Sequence record: NC_020077.1
Strand: one strand, 5' to 3'
DNA length: 64,000 bases
The translations under genes were made by a program, and so were the position numbers. The notes under the pieces are model-generated. The model had not been told where the DNA came from, did no database searches, and worked only from the letters and a program-made list of their open reading frames with translations. Shown here piece by piece: positions 8,718 through 17,452 of this stretch (position 1 is the first letter of the stretch; every line of letters starts with the position of its first letter).

Positions 8718-9617
8718 ATGTCTCAACCCTTAAATCAAACCCCTGCCCCAGCCGCGGGGGCAAATCCAGATAAATTAAGAGAAAAAATAGGAAAATATAT
8801 AAAAGATTTAGAAGATCTGAAGCTGGGTTATGATATAAACGATATACAAGAAGAGATAGAAGAAAGTTACAGTATAACGAAGGGCGTTAAAGAGGCACTA
8901 AAAGTAACATATGTTATCTTAACGGACTACTATAATGACGCCAAGGAAAAAAGCAAGTTGCTAAGTGATGCGTATAATAAAAATGCAATTAAAAGCATGT
9001 TTGATAATGCTATAGAGCTTTATGCAGATTTAGCAGCAACTAATGCATTATTAAGATTAATGCGCTCGTTTAAGATAGAGCCCGAACCGACGCTCACAAC
9101 GCCCTTATTTATAGATTTTACTAGTAAGGCCAAAGACACAGTAATACTATTAATAGGCAGGTACGTAAAGGACGTTAAAAAAGATGATCGGAAAACAGTA
9201 ATTAATAAAATAACTGAAGAGCTAAGCTGGACTATTTCGTATCAAAACAAACTCGAAAGTGACTTCAAAGAATATGAAGAAGAATTTGAAGAGAAAGATG
9301 ATATATCAGCAGGAGAATACAAGGTTCTAAAGAGAGCGCTAAAGTTAATAAAATATTATTACTTGTCTGGAATAAGACTCATAAAAGAAACTAGAGCGAT
9401 GATAAAGCGAGATGGCAAAAATGTTAACATGAGAAAAATAGCCTGGAAATTGACAGAAACGTATGCCACGATGACTATACCATTGGCGCTATACGATATT
9501 TTATGTAGCGACAAATACGACATATGCTATAAATGGTGTGATTATGCCTTGCTATTCCCTACCAAGGATGTTAAAGATGCGATAGAGGTGATTAAGGAGA
9601 ATGCGCTAGGAGACTAA
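8718..9617 (+). CDS. Helical protein, paralog family with 7539 and 12468 (start moved to ATG 8718)
   Basis: Leader MSQPLNQTPAPAAG; motifs AIELYADL and LTETYATMTIPLALYDILC. Confidence 0.85.
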   Translation: MSQPLNQTPAPAAGANPDKLREKIGKYIKDLEDLKLGYDINDIQEEIEESYSITKGVKEALKVTYVILTDYYNDAKEKSKLLSDAYNKNAIKSMFDNAIELYADLAATNALLRLMRSFKIEPEPTLTTPLFIDFTSKAKDTVILLIGRYVKDVKKDDRKTVINKITEELSWTISYQNKLESDFKEYEEEFEEKDDISAGEYKVLKRALKLIKYYYLSGIRLIKETRAMIKRDGKNVNMRKIAWKLTETYATMTIPLALYDILCSDKYDICYKWCDYALLFPTKDVKDAIEVIKENALGD

Positions 9618-9632
9618 ATATTTTTAAGTTTT

Positions 9633-11882
9633 TTGTTTTATAACTTTAGTGAAAAGACAGTGTACGCCATTAGACGCAATCGCATAGAAAGCCAAGATTA
9701 TATTAGGCTGATCGAAACGGATAAATTTCCATCTGGCCTGATTAACGAGGCCTCAGCCAGAGAAAAAAGTAGGGGTGGAATGCCACCAATATGGGAAATG
9801 GTTTTTTGGTGGACTAGGAAACCCTTAATAGGGGCTAGAGCAATTATCGCAGCCTCACTACTGCCAGAGTCTGTCGATAAAAGCAAGTTTTTGCGCTTGA
9901 TTAGGCTAGATAGTAATGGATCGGTTGTTTACCATAAATATAATCCAGCTGATATACCCTCGTTAAAGAAGTACTTTAAAAATGCTAAGCTTTTAGACCC
10001 TTTTGCGGGCTTTGGTTCAATACCTTTAGAAGCTATACGGCTAGGCGTAGGGGAAGTTGTGGCCTCTGACCTTTTGCCTACGGCCTACATTTTCCTTAAA
10101 GCCATTTTGGAAATACCTAAATGGGCCAGAGATAATGACCTTCATGAGACACTTATTAAAGATGTTGAGAAATGGGGCAATTGGATAATAGATGAGTTAA
10201 GAAAGGATCCAGAAATTCAGGAACTGTACGATGATGATGCTGATGGTTACATTGGTACATGGGAAATAAGATGCCCACATTGTGGTAATTATACACCGCT
10301 AGTAGGGAGTTGGTGGTTAGCGAGAAAGGTAAATGGGAAAAGAAATAAGAAAGAGAAGGACAATTTTAAAAGACTTGCCTGGATGGTTCCAATTATCGTT
10401 AATAATAAGGTTGATATAGATGTAATTGACCTTAATAAAGAATTATCTAGAGATAAAATAAATGCTAAAGTTGACGCTGGACAAGGGCTTATAGAAGTTT
10501 ATAAAGAAGTAAACGGGATACTTCAGCTTGAAAAAACGTATCAGGTGCAGCAAGCTAACGTAGACATAAAAAGAAATACTGCAAAATGCTTAGTATGCAA
10601 TACTACGATAAAAGGGGGGAGACAATTTTATGTTAAGGATGCGGTGAGGGATTGGAATGAAAACTTAGAAAAATACTTAGCAGGGGAGATAAGTAAAGAG
10701 CAATTATTAAATAGTAAGGCAAGGCCAAGGATAATAGTCAAAATAAAAAAGGGCATAGTTTTTGAGAAGGTAGAAGATCAAGAGAAGTTATGGAAGGCTT
10801 TAGAGATGCTTAAACAAATATGGGGAGATCTTGATATACCTACGGAGCTCGCGCAGAATTATGAAAGTCGTCATATGCCTACTAATTTTGGTGTCGATAA
10901 ATTTTTCAAATTCTTTAACCCACGCCAGCTTTTAACTGCTGTTAAGGTTGTTAAATTACTACGTGAGGTTGGGAAGAGAGTTGAGGAAGAGAAATTAAAA
11001 GTATGGAATAAAGATAAGGCGAGGAAATACGCTGAAGCAATAGTTACTTATTTAACAATGTTATTAGTTAAATATATGTATTATAGTTCGATCGGGACCG
11101 CCTGGGACGCTACTACTGTTAAAAGTTTTGATAGTTTCTCGATGCGTGGACTAAGGGTGATGTGGAATTGGGTAGATATTACTCCTTACAGTAAGCTGAG
11201 CGGATCTTTTGTGAAATCACTGCGCAGTGTATTAAGAGGCCTTCAATACCTTGTTGACGCAATTTCGGACAGCCCTACCAGAGTTAGGGTTTTGTTGGAT
11301 GACGCTACTAAACTAAATAAGATTACAGAGGACTTCGATTTAATAGTTACTGACCCACCATACTGGGATGATGTTGCTTATACAGAGCTTAGTGATTTAT
11401 ATTATGTATGGTTAAAAAGGGCTTTAAGTGATGTTAAGGAAGTTAATGGGGTTTTAATGAGGGTTCCTAAATTTTATCCAGAGGCATTCTTTGATAATGC
11501 TGGGAATGAAATAGAAACTCAATGGAAGAAATTTGCAATTAGAGAAATTAGCAAGTATAGGGGAAGAGTTAAGTACTTTTATAAAAATGGTAATGCTTCT
11601 GAGCATTTAAAATGGTTATTGTCAGAAGCTTTTAAGACAATTGCAGATAGACTAAAGGAAAATGGAATTTTAGTAACGTATTACGCTCACACAATTCCAG
11701 AAGCCTGGAATGCATTTCTAGAAGCTGGCTGGAGTAAGGCAGGTTTAAAGATAACTAAAACGCATTTATTTGTAACAGAATCCAAAACGCGAATTACGGC
11801 GCAAGACAAAATTACAGTAAATACTTCGTTGGTCATAATATGGCGCAAGAGAAAGACGATGGAGAAACTTTTAAAAACATAA
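9633..11882 (+). CDS. DUF1156/COG1743-type adenine-specific DNA methyltransferase with Zn ribbon
   Basis: N-terminal RLIE ... EASAREK ... FWWTRKPL; motif I DPFAGFGSIPLEA; CPHC and CLVC; motif IV TDPPY. Start codon uncertain. Confidence 0.9.
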   Translation: MFYNFSEKTVYAIRRNRIESQDYIRLIETDKFPSGLINEASAREKSRGGMPPIWEMVFWWTRKPLIGARAIIAASLLPESVDKSKFLRLIRLDSNGSVVYHKYNPADIPSLKKYFKNAKLLDPFAGFGSIPLEAIRLGVGEVVASDLLPTAYIFLKAILEIPKWARDNDLHETLIKDVEKWGNWIIDELRKDPEIQELYDDDADGYIGTWEIRCPHCGNYTPLVGSWWLARKVNGKRNKKEKDNFKRLAWMVPIIVNNKVDIDVIDLNKELSRDKINAKVDAGQGLIEVYKEVNGILQLEKTYQVQQANVDIKRNTAKCLVCNTTIKGGRQFYVKDAVRDWNENLEKYLAGEISKEQLLNSKARPRIIVKIKKGIVFEKVEDQEKLWKALEMLKQIWGDLDIPTELAQNYESRHMPTNFGVDKFFKFFNPRQLLTAVKVVKLLREVGKRVEEEKLKVWNKDKARKYAEAIVTYLTMLLVKYMYYSSIGTAWDATTVKSFDSFSMRGLRVMWNWVDITPYSKLSGSFVKSLRSVLRGLQYLVDAISDSPTRVRVLLDDATKLNKITEDFDLIVTDPPYWDDVAYTELSDLYYVWLKRALSDVKEVNGVLMRVPKFYPEAFFDNAGNEIETQWKKFAIREISKYRGRVKYFYKNGNASEHLKWLLSEAFKTIADRLKENGILVTYYAHTIPEAWNAFLEAGWSKAGLKITKTHLFVTESKTRITAQDKITVNTSLVIIWRKRKTMEKLLKT

Positions 11883-11906
11883 ACGATAAACGATAAGGGG
11901 GGATAA

Positions 11907-12275
11907 ATAATTTCTGCGCAGAGTGTAATTTCGGAACAATTAAAAAAAGAATTCATTGAATTATTTACTTGGGCAAGAAATAAAGTCTTTGATACAAAAA
12001 AATATAAGACGTCAAAATGTGACGGCTTCTTGTACAGGCAAAAAAACGTGGCGCTTTATATCTGCGATCTGCCAGAAATGCCTGATGTTGACGTTTACGT
12101 TCACGTTTACCCTGGCAAAACCCCACGTGACGTACTAGTATTAGTATTCGTGTATAATCCATTTAAGAAAAAGACTGATCACGAGATTGTTTCGAGGGCC
12201 TCAGATCACCTTTACAGGGCAATGGATGAGTTACGAAAAGATAATATCATCTTTGATTCCAACATTTTCCACTGA
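11907..12275 (+). CDS. Hypothetical protein, possible non-AUG start
   Basis: Frame is open 41 codons upstream of the TTG in the track, back to ATA-ATT just after AAGGGGGGA. Confidence 0.55.
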   Translation: MISAQSVISEQLKKEFIELFTWARNKVFDTKKYKTSKCDGFLYRQKNVALYICDLPEMPDVDVYVHVYPGKTPRDVLVLVFVYNPFKKKTDHEIVSRASDHLYRAMDELRKDNIIFDSNIFH

Positions 12276-12286
12276 CAGGCTAGGTC

Positions 12287-12336
12287 GTTCTGTAAATCTA
12301 CCAAATTGTTATGACAATTCTATAATTTTACCAAAG
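12287..12336. repeat. Dispersed intergenic palindrome (core AATTGTTATGACAATT, 12304-12319)
   Basis: Related cores at 14385, 20867, 22654, 28233, 39537, 52401 and 60917. Confidence 0.75.
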
Positions 12337-12386
12337 CCCGTTTTTCCCTTGGGTTTTTATGACTATAATGCTATGTTTATATACGA

Positions 12387-12431
12387 TTTTACGTTTTTGG
12401 CTATGTAGCTCATGGTAGAAAGTTTTATAAG
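12387..12431 (+). promoter_or_regulatory. Class II promoter TTTTACGT-N21-TAGAAAGTTTTATAAG
   Basis: The exact 16-mer is also at 16009, 20980, 22767 and 26545; variants at 58497 and 58832. Confidence 0.85.
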
Positions 12432-12467
12432 CTTCAATAACAAAGTATAAAATCGGTGGTTTAAAAT

Positions 12468-13466
12468 TTGTCACAAATAAAGATAAATAATAAGGCTGAA
12501 CTTATTTCGAAAATACAACAGGATATTGAAGAGCTAACTCAAGTTGAGGGTACTTTTGGAATATATCACAGAATTGACAGTATAGAGGTAGATCTTAAAT
12601 TTGCACAGAAAGAGATTGAGGAGAAAAGTTTTACATCGAAAAGTGTGCAAAGAGCAATAGAACTGATACTTAGCATTTTAGAAGGCGTCTACTATGATGA
12701 AATAAGAGAGTATTCCGTAATACTAAGTAACATTTTTAATAAGGCTTTTGATAAGGAGAAAGGCATAATAGTAACAGAGAAGTTTGATGCTAAAAATACG
12801 TTTATGTATGTTTTAGAAATTTACGCAAATTTATGGGCAATGAGCGCATTATACTGGCTTATAAAAGACAGCAGAGATATAGATCTACTAGATGAACTAA
12901 AAATAAATTTAGATGGATCTATGATGAGAGCAGTTTATATACTTAATAATATTACGAATTACTATATACAGTATGACAAAATTAGCACAGACAAAAGGCA
13001 AGTCTTGGTAGAAGTGCTAGGTAAGTATCTCTCGAAGTATTATGACATGGTAGAAAATTATCATGAGCATCTTGAGGGAGACATGGATAAGATTGCCGCG
13101 ATGCTTAAGGCAAATGAGGATATTGCTAGAGGAACTTACAGCATACTAAGCGCAGCTATTGATGAAATGTGGGAGTATTATAATGTAGCAATCACAGCTG
13201 CTAATCAGGCTAGATTAATGTTAGAAAAAGAAGCCTTAAACGAAGAGGAGCAAAGGGTAGGTGAAGAAAAAGTTGATTTTAACGTGATTACACAAAACTT
13301 GAGAGAGGCATATATAGGGTTTAAGGCATTACAAGCGTTTTATGACGTACTGTGTAATGATACGTATGAGCTATGCCTCGATGATTTCCAAAAGCATCTT
13401 GATGAGGCCCTAAAGAACGCTAAAGAGGCCTTACACTTAATCGCAGAGCTTTGCATAACATTCTGA
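12468..13466 (+). CDS. Helical protein, paralog family with 7539 and 8718 (no leader)
   Basis: TTG start after GGTGGT; motifs VLEIYANL and [19 protein letters not shown]. Confidence 0.85.
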   Translation: MSQIKINNKAELISKIQQDIEELTQVEGTFGIYHRIDSIEVDLKFAQKEIEEKSFTSKSVQRAIELILSILEGVYYDEIREYSVILSNIFNKAFDKEKGIIVTEKFDAKNTFMYVLEIYANLWAMSALYWLIKDSRDIDLLDELKINLDGSMMRAVYILNNITNYYIQYDKISTDKRQVLVEVLGKYLSKYYDMVENYHEHLEGDMDKIAAMLKANEDIARGTYSILSAAIDEMWEYYNVAITAANQARLMLEKEALNEEEQRVGEEKVDFNVITQNLREAYIGFKALQAFYDVLCNDTYELCLDDFQKHLDEALKNAKEALHLIAELCITF

Positions 13467-13476
13467 AGAGGTAAAA

Positions 13477-14253
13477 GTGATGATAGTCAGACTAGTGTCA
13501 TATTCACCTGATGGTGAAAAGGTAGTAGCTATTGCGGCTAAAATGAGTAGGAGTAGGAAAGGTTGGGATTATCATGAAAAAGAAATGACTGATGAAGAGA
13601 TTGAGACATGGATTAGGGATGCAATTCTACATGGGTATTGGTCTGTGTTAGAGCATTCAGTTTATACTTTTTCTATTGAGGGAATTTCTAGGGTTGCGTC
13701 TCATCAGCTTGTTAGGCATAGAATAGCCTCTTATACGCAAATGTCTCATAGGTTTGCTAGGCCAATAGATGAATATTATAAACCAATAATACCTACTAAC
13801 ATTAAAAAGAGGGATGTTCATGAGCTAGTTAACAAAGCTTACAATAATGCTTATGAAATTTATTATGAATTGTTGAAGAGCGGAATACCCGAAGAGGATG
13901 CACGTTATGTTTTACCAAACGCTGTTAATACAAACATCGTAGTAACTATGAATGCTAGGGAATTATATAATTTCTTTTCCCTAAGGCTCTGTTCAAGAGC
14001 TCAATGGGAAATTAGAGCAATTGCATGGAGAATGCTAGAGGAAGTAAAGAAAGTTCACCCAAGATTATTTAGATATGCTGGGCCAAATTGCATAATACAT
14101 GAGAATTTCATAAGAAATGAGTATATAACTTTAGATGATGTGCTTAAAAATCACAATATAGAGTTTATATCTCAAAGATGTATTGAAGGAGTTAATAGGG
14201 ATGGAATTATAAAATGCATCATTAACTCACGTGGAGTTATTGACTCGAGGTGA
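13477..14253 (+). CDS. thyX: Flavin-dependent thymidylate synthase
   Basis: [27 protein letters not shown] (RHRx7S motif), [14 protein letters not shown]. Confidence 0.97.
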   Translation: MMIVRLVSYSPDGEKVVAIAAKMSRSRKGWDYHEKEMTDEEIETWIRDAILHGYWSVLEHSVYTFSIEGISRVASHQLVRHRIASYTQMSHRFARPIDEYYKPIIPTNIKKRDVHELVNKAYNNAYEIYYELLKSGIPEEDARYVLPNAVNTNIVVTMNARELYNFFSLRLCSRAQWEIRAIAWRMLEEVKKVHPRLFRYAGPNCIIHENFIRNEYITLDDVLKNHNIEFISQRCIEGVNRDGIIKCIINSRGVIDSR

Positions 14254-14272
14254 AGTGATGAAAACATATTTA

Positions 14273-14312
14273 CGAATTTCGAACTTGTGCTATATACAGG
14301 GACTTCGAACTT
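14273..14312 (+). repeat. 40-bp dispersed element, copy 1
   Basis: CGAATTTCGAACTTGTGCTATATACAGGGACTTCGAACTT. Confidence 0.9.
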
Positions 14313-14484
14313 TTATTGCTAAAATTTTCCCTTTCTTAAATCTCATGAGGACGAGAAAAATTCGTGACGGTAGCAAATTTGCAGAAATGTCATGCCAGTT
14401 CTACAATTTTACCAAATCCCCCTTTTCCCCCTTTTTAAGTCTAGATAAGTCTAAAAGGGAAAAGATGAATAGAGGTAAGAAGAG

Positions 14485-15360
14485 ATGGCAGACACAATGA
14501 AGATCGTTTTAGGACTTTCTGATAACAGAGTGAAGTTATGGGAGTTAGGTGTGCCATTAATGATTAATCAGTTGGTGTGGGACAGTGTAGAATGGGAAAA
14601 TGAAACGTGGGTAGATTCTGGTGGCTATCAAATAATGGTTAAAAAAATGCAGATTAGTGTAGATGCCGTATTGGATAAATACAAGAGGCTTGATGCAGAC
14701 TATTACATTAGCCTCGATATACCTGCAACACCTTGCGAAAAGCCTTCAGAGCTTAATTTCAAGCATTTTGAGTACCTATACACGAGACTGGATAAGAATA
14801 TAATACCAGTCATTCACGCTTATGATGTTGAAAGTATTAAAAAGGCTATTGATTTCTACTCTCAATATACGGATTATATCGCATTTGGTGGGATAGTTCC
14901 ACCATCTCTTAATAAGGTAGCTAGCCAAAAGCTAGCAGTTGCAATGTACCGCCTTGTTAGGAAAGAATGGAAGGGTAAAATTCACGTTTTAGGTGCTGGT
15001 TCTCCTTTCATGAGAAAGGTTTTTTATGATGCTGATAGTGTTGATACATCAACTTATAGAGTAAAGGCAATACATGGTATGGTGTTATTGCCTGGAAAAG
15101 GAGAAAGGTATGTTGGAGAGAGAAAAATAAGTTGGGGGGCTAGACGAATTAGTGAAGATGAACTTGAATCGCTAAAGGCTTTTCTAGAGAAAACTCACTA
15201 TCCATTTCCTATTAGGTTTGATAATTGGATGGATAGATCACTTGTTAACGCATGGGTTTTGTTACACAGTGAGTATGAGGAAGATAATCCTCTTATCAGA
15301 TATGCACACAACATAACAGACCCAGAGGCTGAGATAAATGAGTTATGTAGAAAGCTGTGA
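14485..15360 (+). CDS. dpdA: DpdA-like DNA-guanine transglycosylase (7-deazaguanine insertion)
   Basis: TGT-fold motifs DSGGYQ, LDIP, PVIH, FGG, HVLG and DSVDTST; lacks the CxCxxC zinc site of tRNA TGTs. Confidence 0.85.
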   Translation: MADTMKIVLGLSDNRVKLWELGVPLMINQLVWDSVEWENETWVDSGGYQIMVKKMQISVDAVLDKYKRLDADYYISLDIPATPCEKPSELNFKHFEYLYTRLDKNIIPVIHAYDVESIKKAIDFYSQYTDYIAFGGIVPPSLNKVASQKLAVAMYRLVRKEWKGKIHVLGAGSPFMRKVFYDADSVDTSTYRVKAIHGMVLLPGKGERYVGERKISWGARRISEDELESLKAFLEKTHYPFPIRFDNWMDRSLVNAWVLLHSEYEEDNPLIRYAHNITDPEAEINELCRKL

Positions 15361-15895
15361 ACACTTAGAGAAATATCTTGGCTCAAATAATGAACCAATA
15401 ATAAAAAAGCCCGGCTTTGACCCATTCCAACACCCTGTCGTAAGGAAATGGCATGAGTACTTTCTCAATAACTGGCATTCCAAAAAAGAAATAGCGCTTT
15501 TACTGCCCTGCACATCAGTTAAGCCTTATAATAGGTCAGCTACTCATAAATTAGCATACTCGTTATTGAGAAAGTATAAACTTGAGGATAAGGTTCAGGT
15601 TTACTCTGTCTCCGAGCCGATGTTGTTAGTCCCTAGAGAGTTAGAGAACTGTTACCCTTTCAATTCTTATGATTATCCTCCTTCTTTAATGACTGAAGAA
15701 GAAAAACAAGAGTTCATCAGCCTACTTTCCATTGCACTCTCTCATGTCCACAATATCCATAAGAGAATAATCGCAGTTTTGCCTAAACATCATTACAAGA
15801 TAGTTTATGAGGCTTCTAAAAACATCCCAATCGAACTTTATCCTTATGGCAAATTAGCTTTTAAAACGATAGCAAATGTTATAATGAAGATATGA
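15338..15895 (+). CDS. DUF5591 / ArcS-like (archaeosine synthase-type) protein
   Basis: LLLPCTSVKPYNRSATH and SEPMLLVPRELENCYPFNSYDYP match the PCxxxKPYxxSxxH and VPRELE..YP..YD motifs; overlaps dpdA by 23 nt. Confidence 0.8.
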   Translation: MSYVESCEHLEKYLGSNNEPIIKKPGFDPFQHPVVRKWHEYFLNNWHSKKEIALLLPCTSVKPYNRSATHKLAYSLLRKYKLEDKVQVYSVSEPMLLVPRELENCYPFNSYDYPPSLMTEEEKQEFISLLSIALSHVHNIHKRIIAVLPKHHYKIVYEASKNIPIELYPYGKLAFKTIANVIMKI

Positions 15896-15979
15896 ACAAC
15901 TATAGACAATTCACCAATTTTACCAAAGCCCCTTTTTTCCCTTGTGTCTTTTCTTACTACCGTTTATGAAGTTACGTTA

Positions 15980-16024
15980 TTTTACGTGTTTGGTTATGAA
16001 GCTCATTATAGAAAGTTTTATAAG
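15980..16024 (+). promoter_or_regulatory. Class II promoter
   Basis: TTTTACGT at 15980, TAGAAAGTTTTATAAG at 16009. Confidence 0.85.
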
Positions 16025-16056
16025 TTTAAAGTGTAACAGAGATAATCGGTGGGAAA

Positions 16057-16377
16057 ATGTCAGAGGTGGAGCGCCTAAAACCTGTAACCTTTAAGTGTGA
16101 AGATAGTCTGTTTTTAAAGCTAGAGGAAGAGGCTAAAAAAGCTAACGTCGCTAAAACTAAAATTATAAGAGAGGCATTAGCGAAGCTTTTACAACATGAC
16201 ATTGAGGAAATAAGGGAGTTAAGTAGAGGAACTCCTCCCTATTCAGGCAAGCGTGTAGTTTCAATAAGGCTTCCCGAAAGCCTTAATACTCAGTTAGAGA
16301 TTGCTGCAGAAAAAATAAGGTCTAACAAGAGTGACCTGATAAGGGCTGCTTTAGCAGCCTACTTCAGGTTAGTGTAA
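16057..16377 (+). CDS. Two-RHH protein
   Basis: VTFKCEDSLFLKLEEEAKKANVAKTKIIREAL and VSIRLPESLNTQLEIAAEKIRSNKSDLIRAAL. Confidence 0.85.
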   Translation: MSEVERLKPVTFKCEDSLFLKLEEEAKKANVAKTKIIREALAKLLQHDIEEIRELSRGTPPYSGKRVVSIRLPESLNTQLEIAAEKIRSNKSDLIRAALAAYFRLV

Positions 16378-16379
16378 GG

Positions 16380-17450
16380 GTGATGAAAATGGCGTATTTA
16401 TACTTGCAGCTACATAAATCTTTATTAAAGAAAGTAAAGAAAGAAGCGTCACGTTTAAATGTAAAACGAAAACTTTTGATGAGTGCTGCAATTCAAGCGT
16501 TTGTCGAAAACCCGCCAGAAACCATAAATCTACCGCCAGACTTGAATAACGGATTTGAACTGACAATTGGCGTTACCTTAGAACTGCCTAAAGATGTTAT
16601 AGAAAAGATTTATTCTTACACTATATCAAAAGCTCTTTCGGTAAAAAAAGTAGCGGAGATAGCGATAACTACTTTTCTTAGCCTTTCTGATGAACAGAAA
16701 ATGATCTATATAGATAAGGAGATAAAAAGACTTGAAGAGAAGAGAAAGAGAAAACTAAGCGAAGAGCGTATGTTTCAATTTCTGGAAAGTATTGCTTCAA
16801 AAGATCCTTCTCGATCAGTTCGAATAAGTTTTAAATGTGTAGATGACTTACATAAACTACTTGAAAACGAAGCACGTGAAAGGGGAACAACAGCGAGTGA
16901 GCTTATAAGAGGTGCTGTTGAAGAATTTTTACAAAACTACTATAAGGGCAAGATAAAAATAAGAAAGCTGTATGAGGCTGCTAAAGACTCGCATTATAGC
17001 AAAGCTGGGGACAAAGTATATGACCTAAAAGTACCTACATATATTCTATTACATTTAATGGAAATAGCTGATAATGTGAAGTTGTCTGTGGCTATGCTTA
17101 TTCGTCTTGCCATAATGAGATACTTGAAGCTGGTTGACATGCAGCCGCGAAAACGAGTCAGATTCGCATGTGCGGCTAGTCTTATTTTAATGATAGAGGA
17201 GGAGGTTAAAAAAACTAACACCGCAAAAGACGCAATTATAAAGGAGGCAGTGAAACAACTTTTACAGCATAGTGTCGATGAGATAAGGGAGTTAAGCAGA
17301 AAAACTTCTCCCTATTCGGGCAGCTATGAAGTTTTCATAAAGCTTCCTGAGAGCCTTGTCGTACAACTAGATGCTATTGTAAGAAAAGTAAGGACTAGTA
17401 GAAGCAATCTCATACGGACTGCATTGGCAGCTTATTTCAAGTTAGTGTAA
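16380..17450 (+). CDS. Six-RHH protein
   Basis: Six strand-helix-helix units; the last two are paralogous to ORF16057 and ORF21029. Confidence 0.85.
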   Translation: MMKMAYLYLQLHKSLLKKVKKEASRLNVKRKLLMSAAIQAFVENPPETINLPPDLNNGFELTIGVTLELPKDVIEKIYSYTISKALSVKKVAEIAITTFLSLSDEQKMIYIDKEIKRLEEKRKRKLSEERMFQFLESIASKDPSRSVRISFKCVDDLHKLLENEARERGTTASELIRGAVEEFLQNYYKGKIKIRKLYEAAKDSHYSKAGDKVYDLKVPTYILLHLMEIADNVKLSVAMLIRLAIMRYLKLVDMQPRKRVRFACAASLILMIEEEVKKTNTAKDAIIKEAVKQLLQHSVDEIRELSRKTSPYSGSYEVFIKLPESLVVQLDAIVRKVRTSRSNLIRTALAAYFKLV

Positions 17451-17452
17451 GG

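Noticed and set aside
11880-11906. Stop-codon readthrough fusing the DUF1156 methylase to the next ORF (same frame)
   Set aside because: Two in-frame TAA stops with an RBS-like run between them, and the downstream sequence does not resemble a methylase C-terminus.
14273-14312. tRNA gene or tRNA-derived att site suggested by TTCGAA (T-loop-like)
   Set aside because: No cloverleaf, acceptor stem or anticodon arm. TTCGAA is part of a direct-repeat element.
14231-14500. 89-aa ORF between thyX and dpdA
   Set aside because: It runs across the 40-bp element, the palindrome and the C/T tract, overlaps both neighbours, and has no protein-like features.
14485-15360. tRNA-guanine transglycosylase (tgt/arcTGT)
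   Set aside because: It lacks the CxCxxC/H zinc site and the PUA extension, and has PVIH instead of the tRNA-type Gln. It fits DpdA better.
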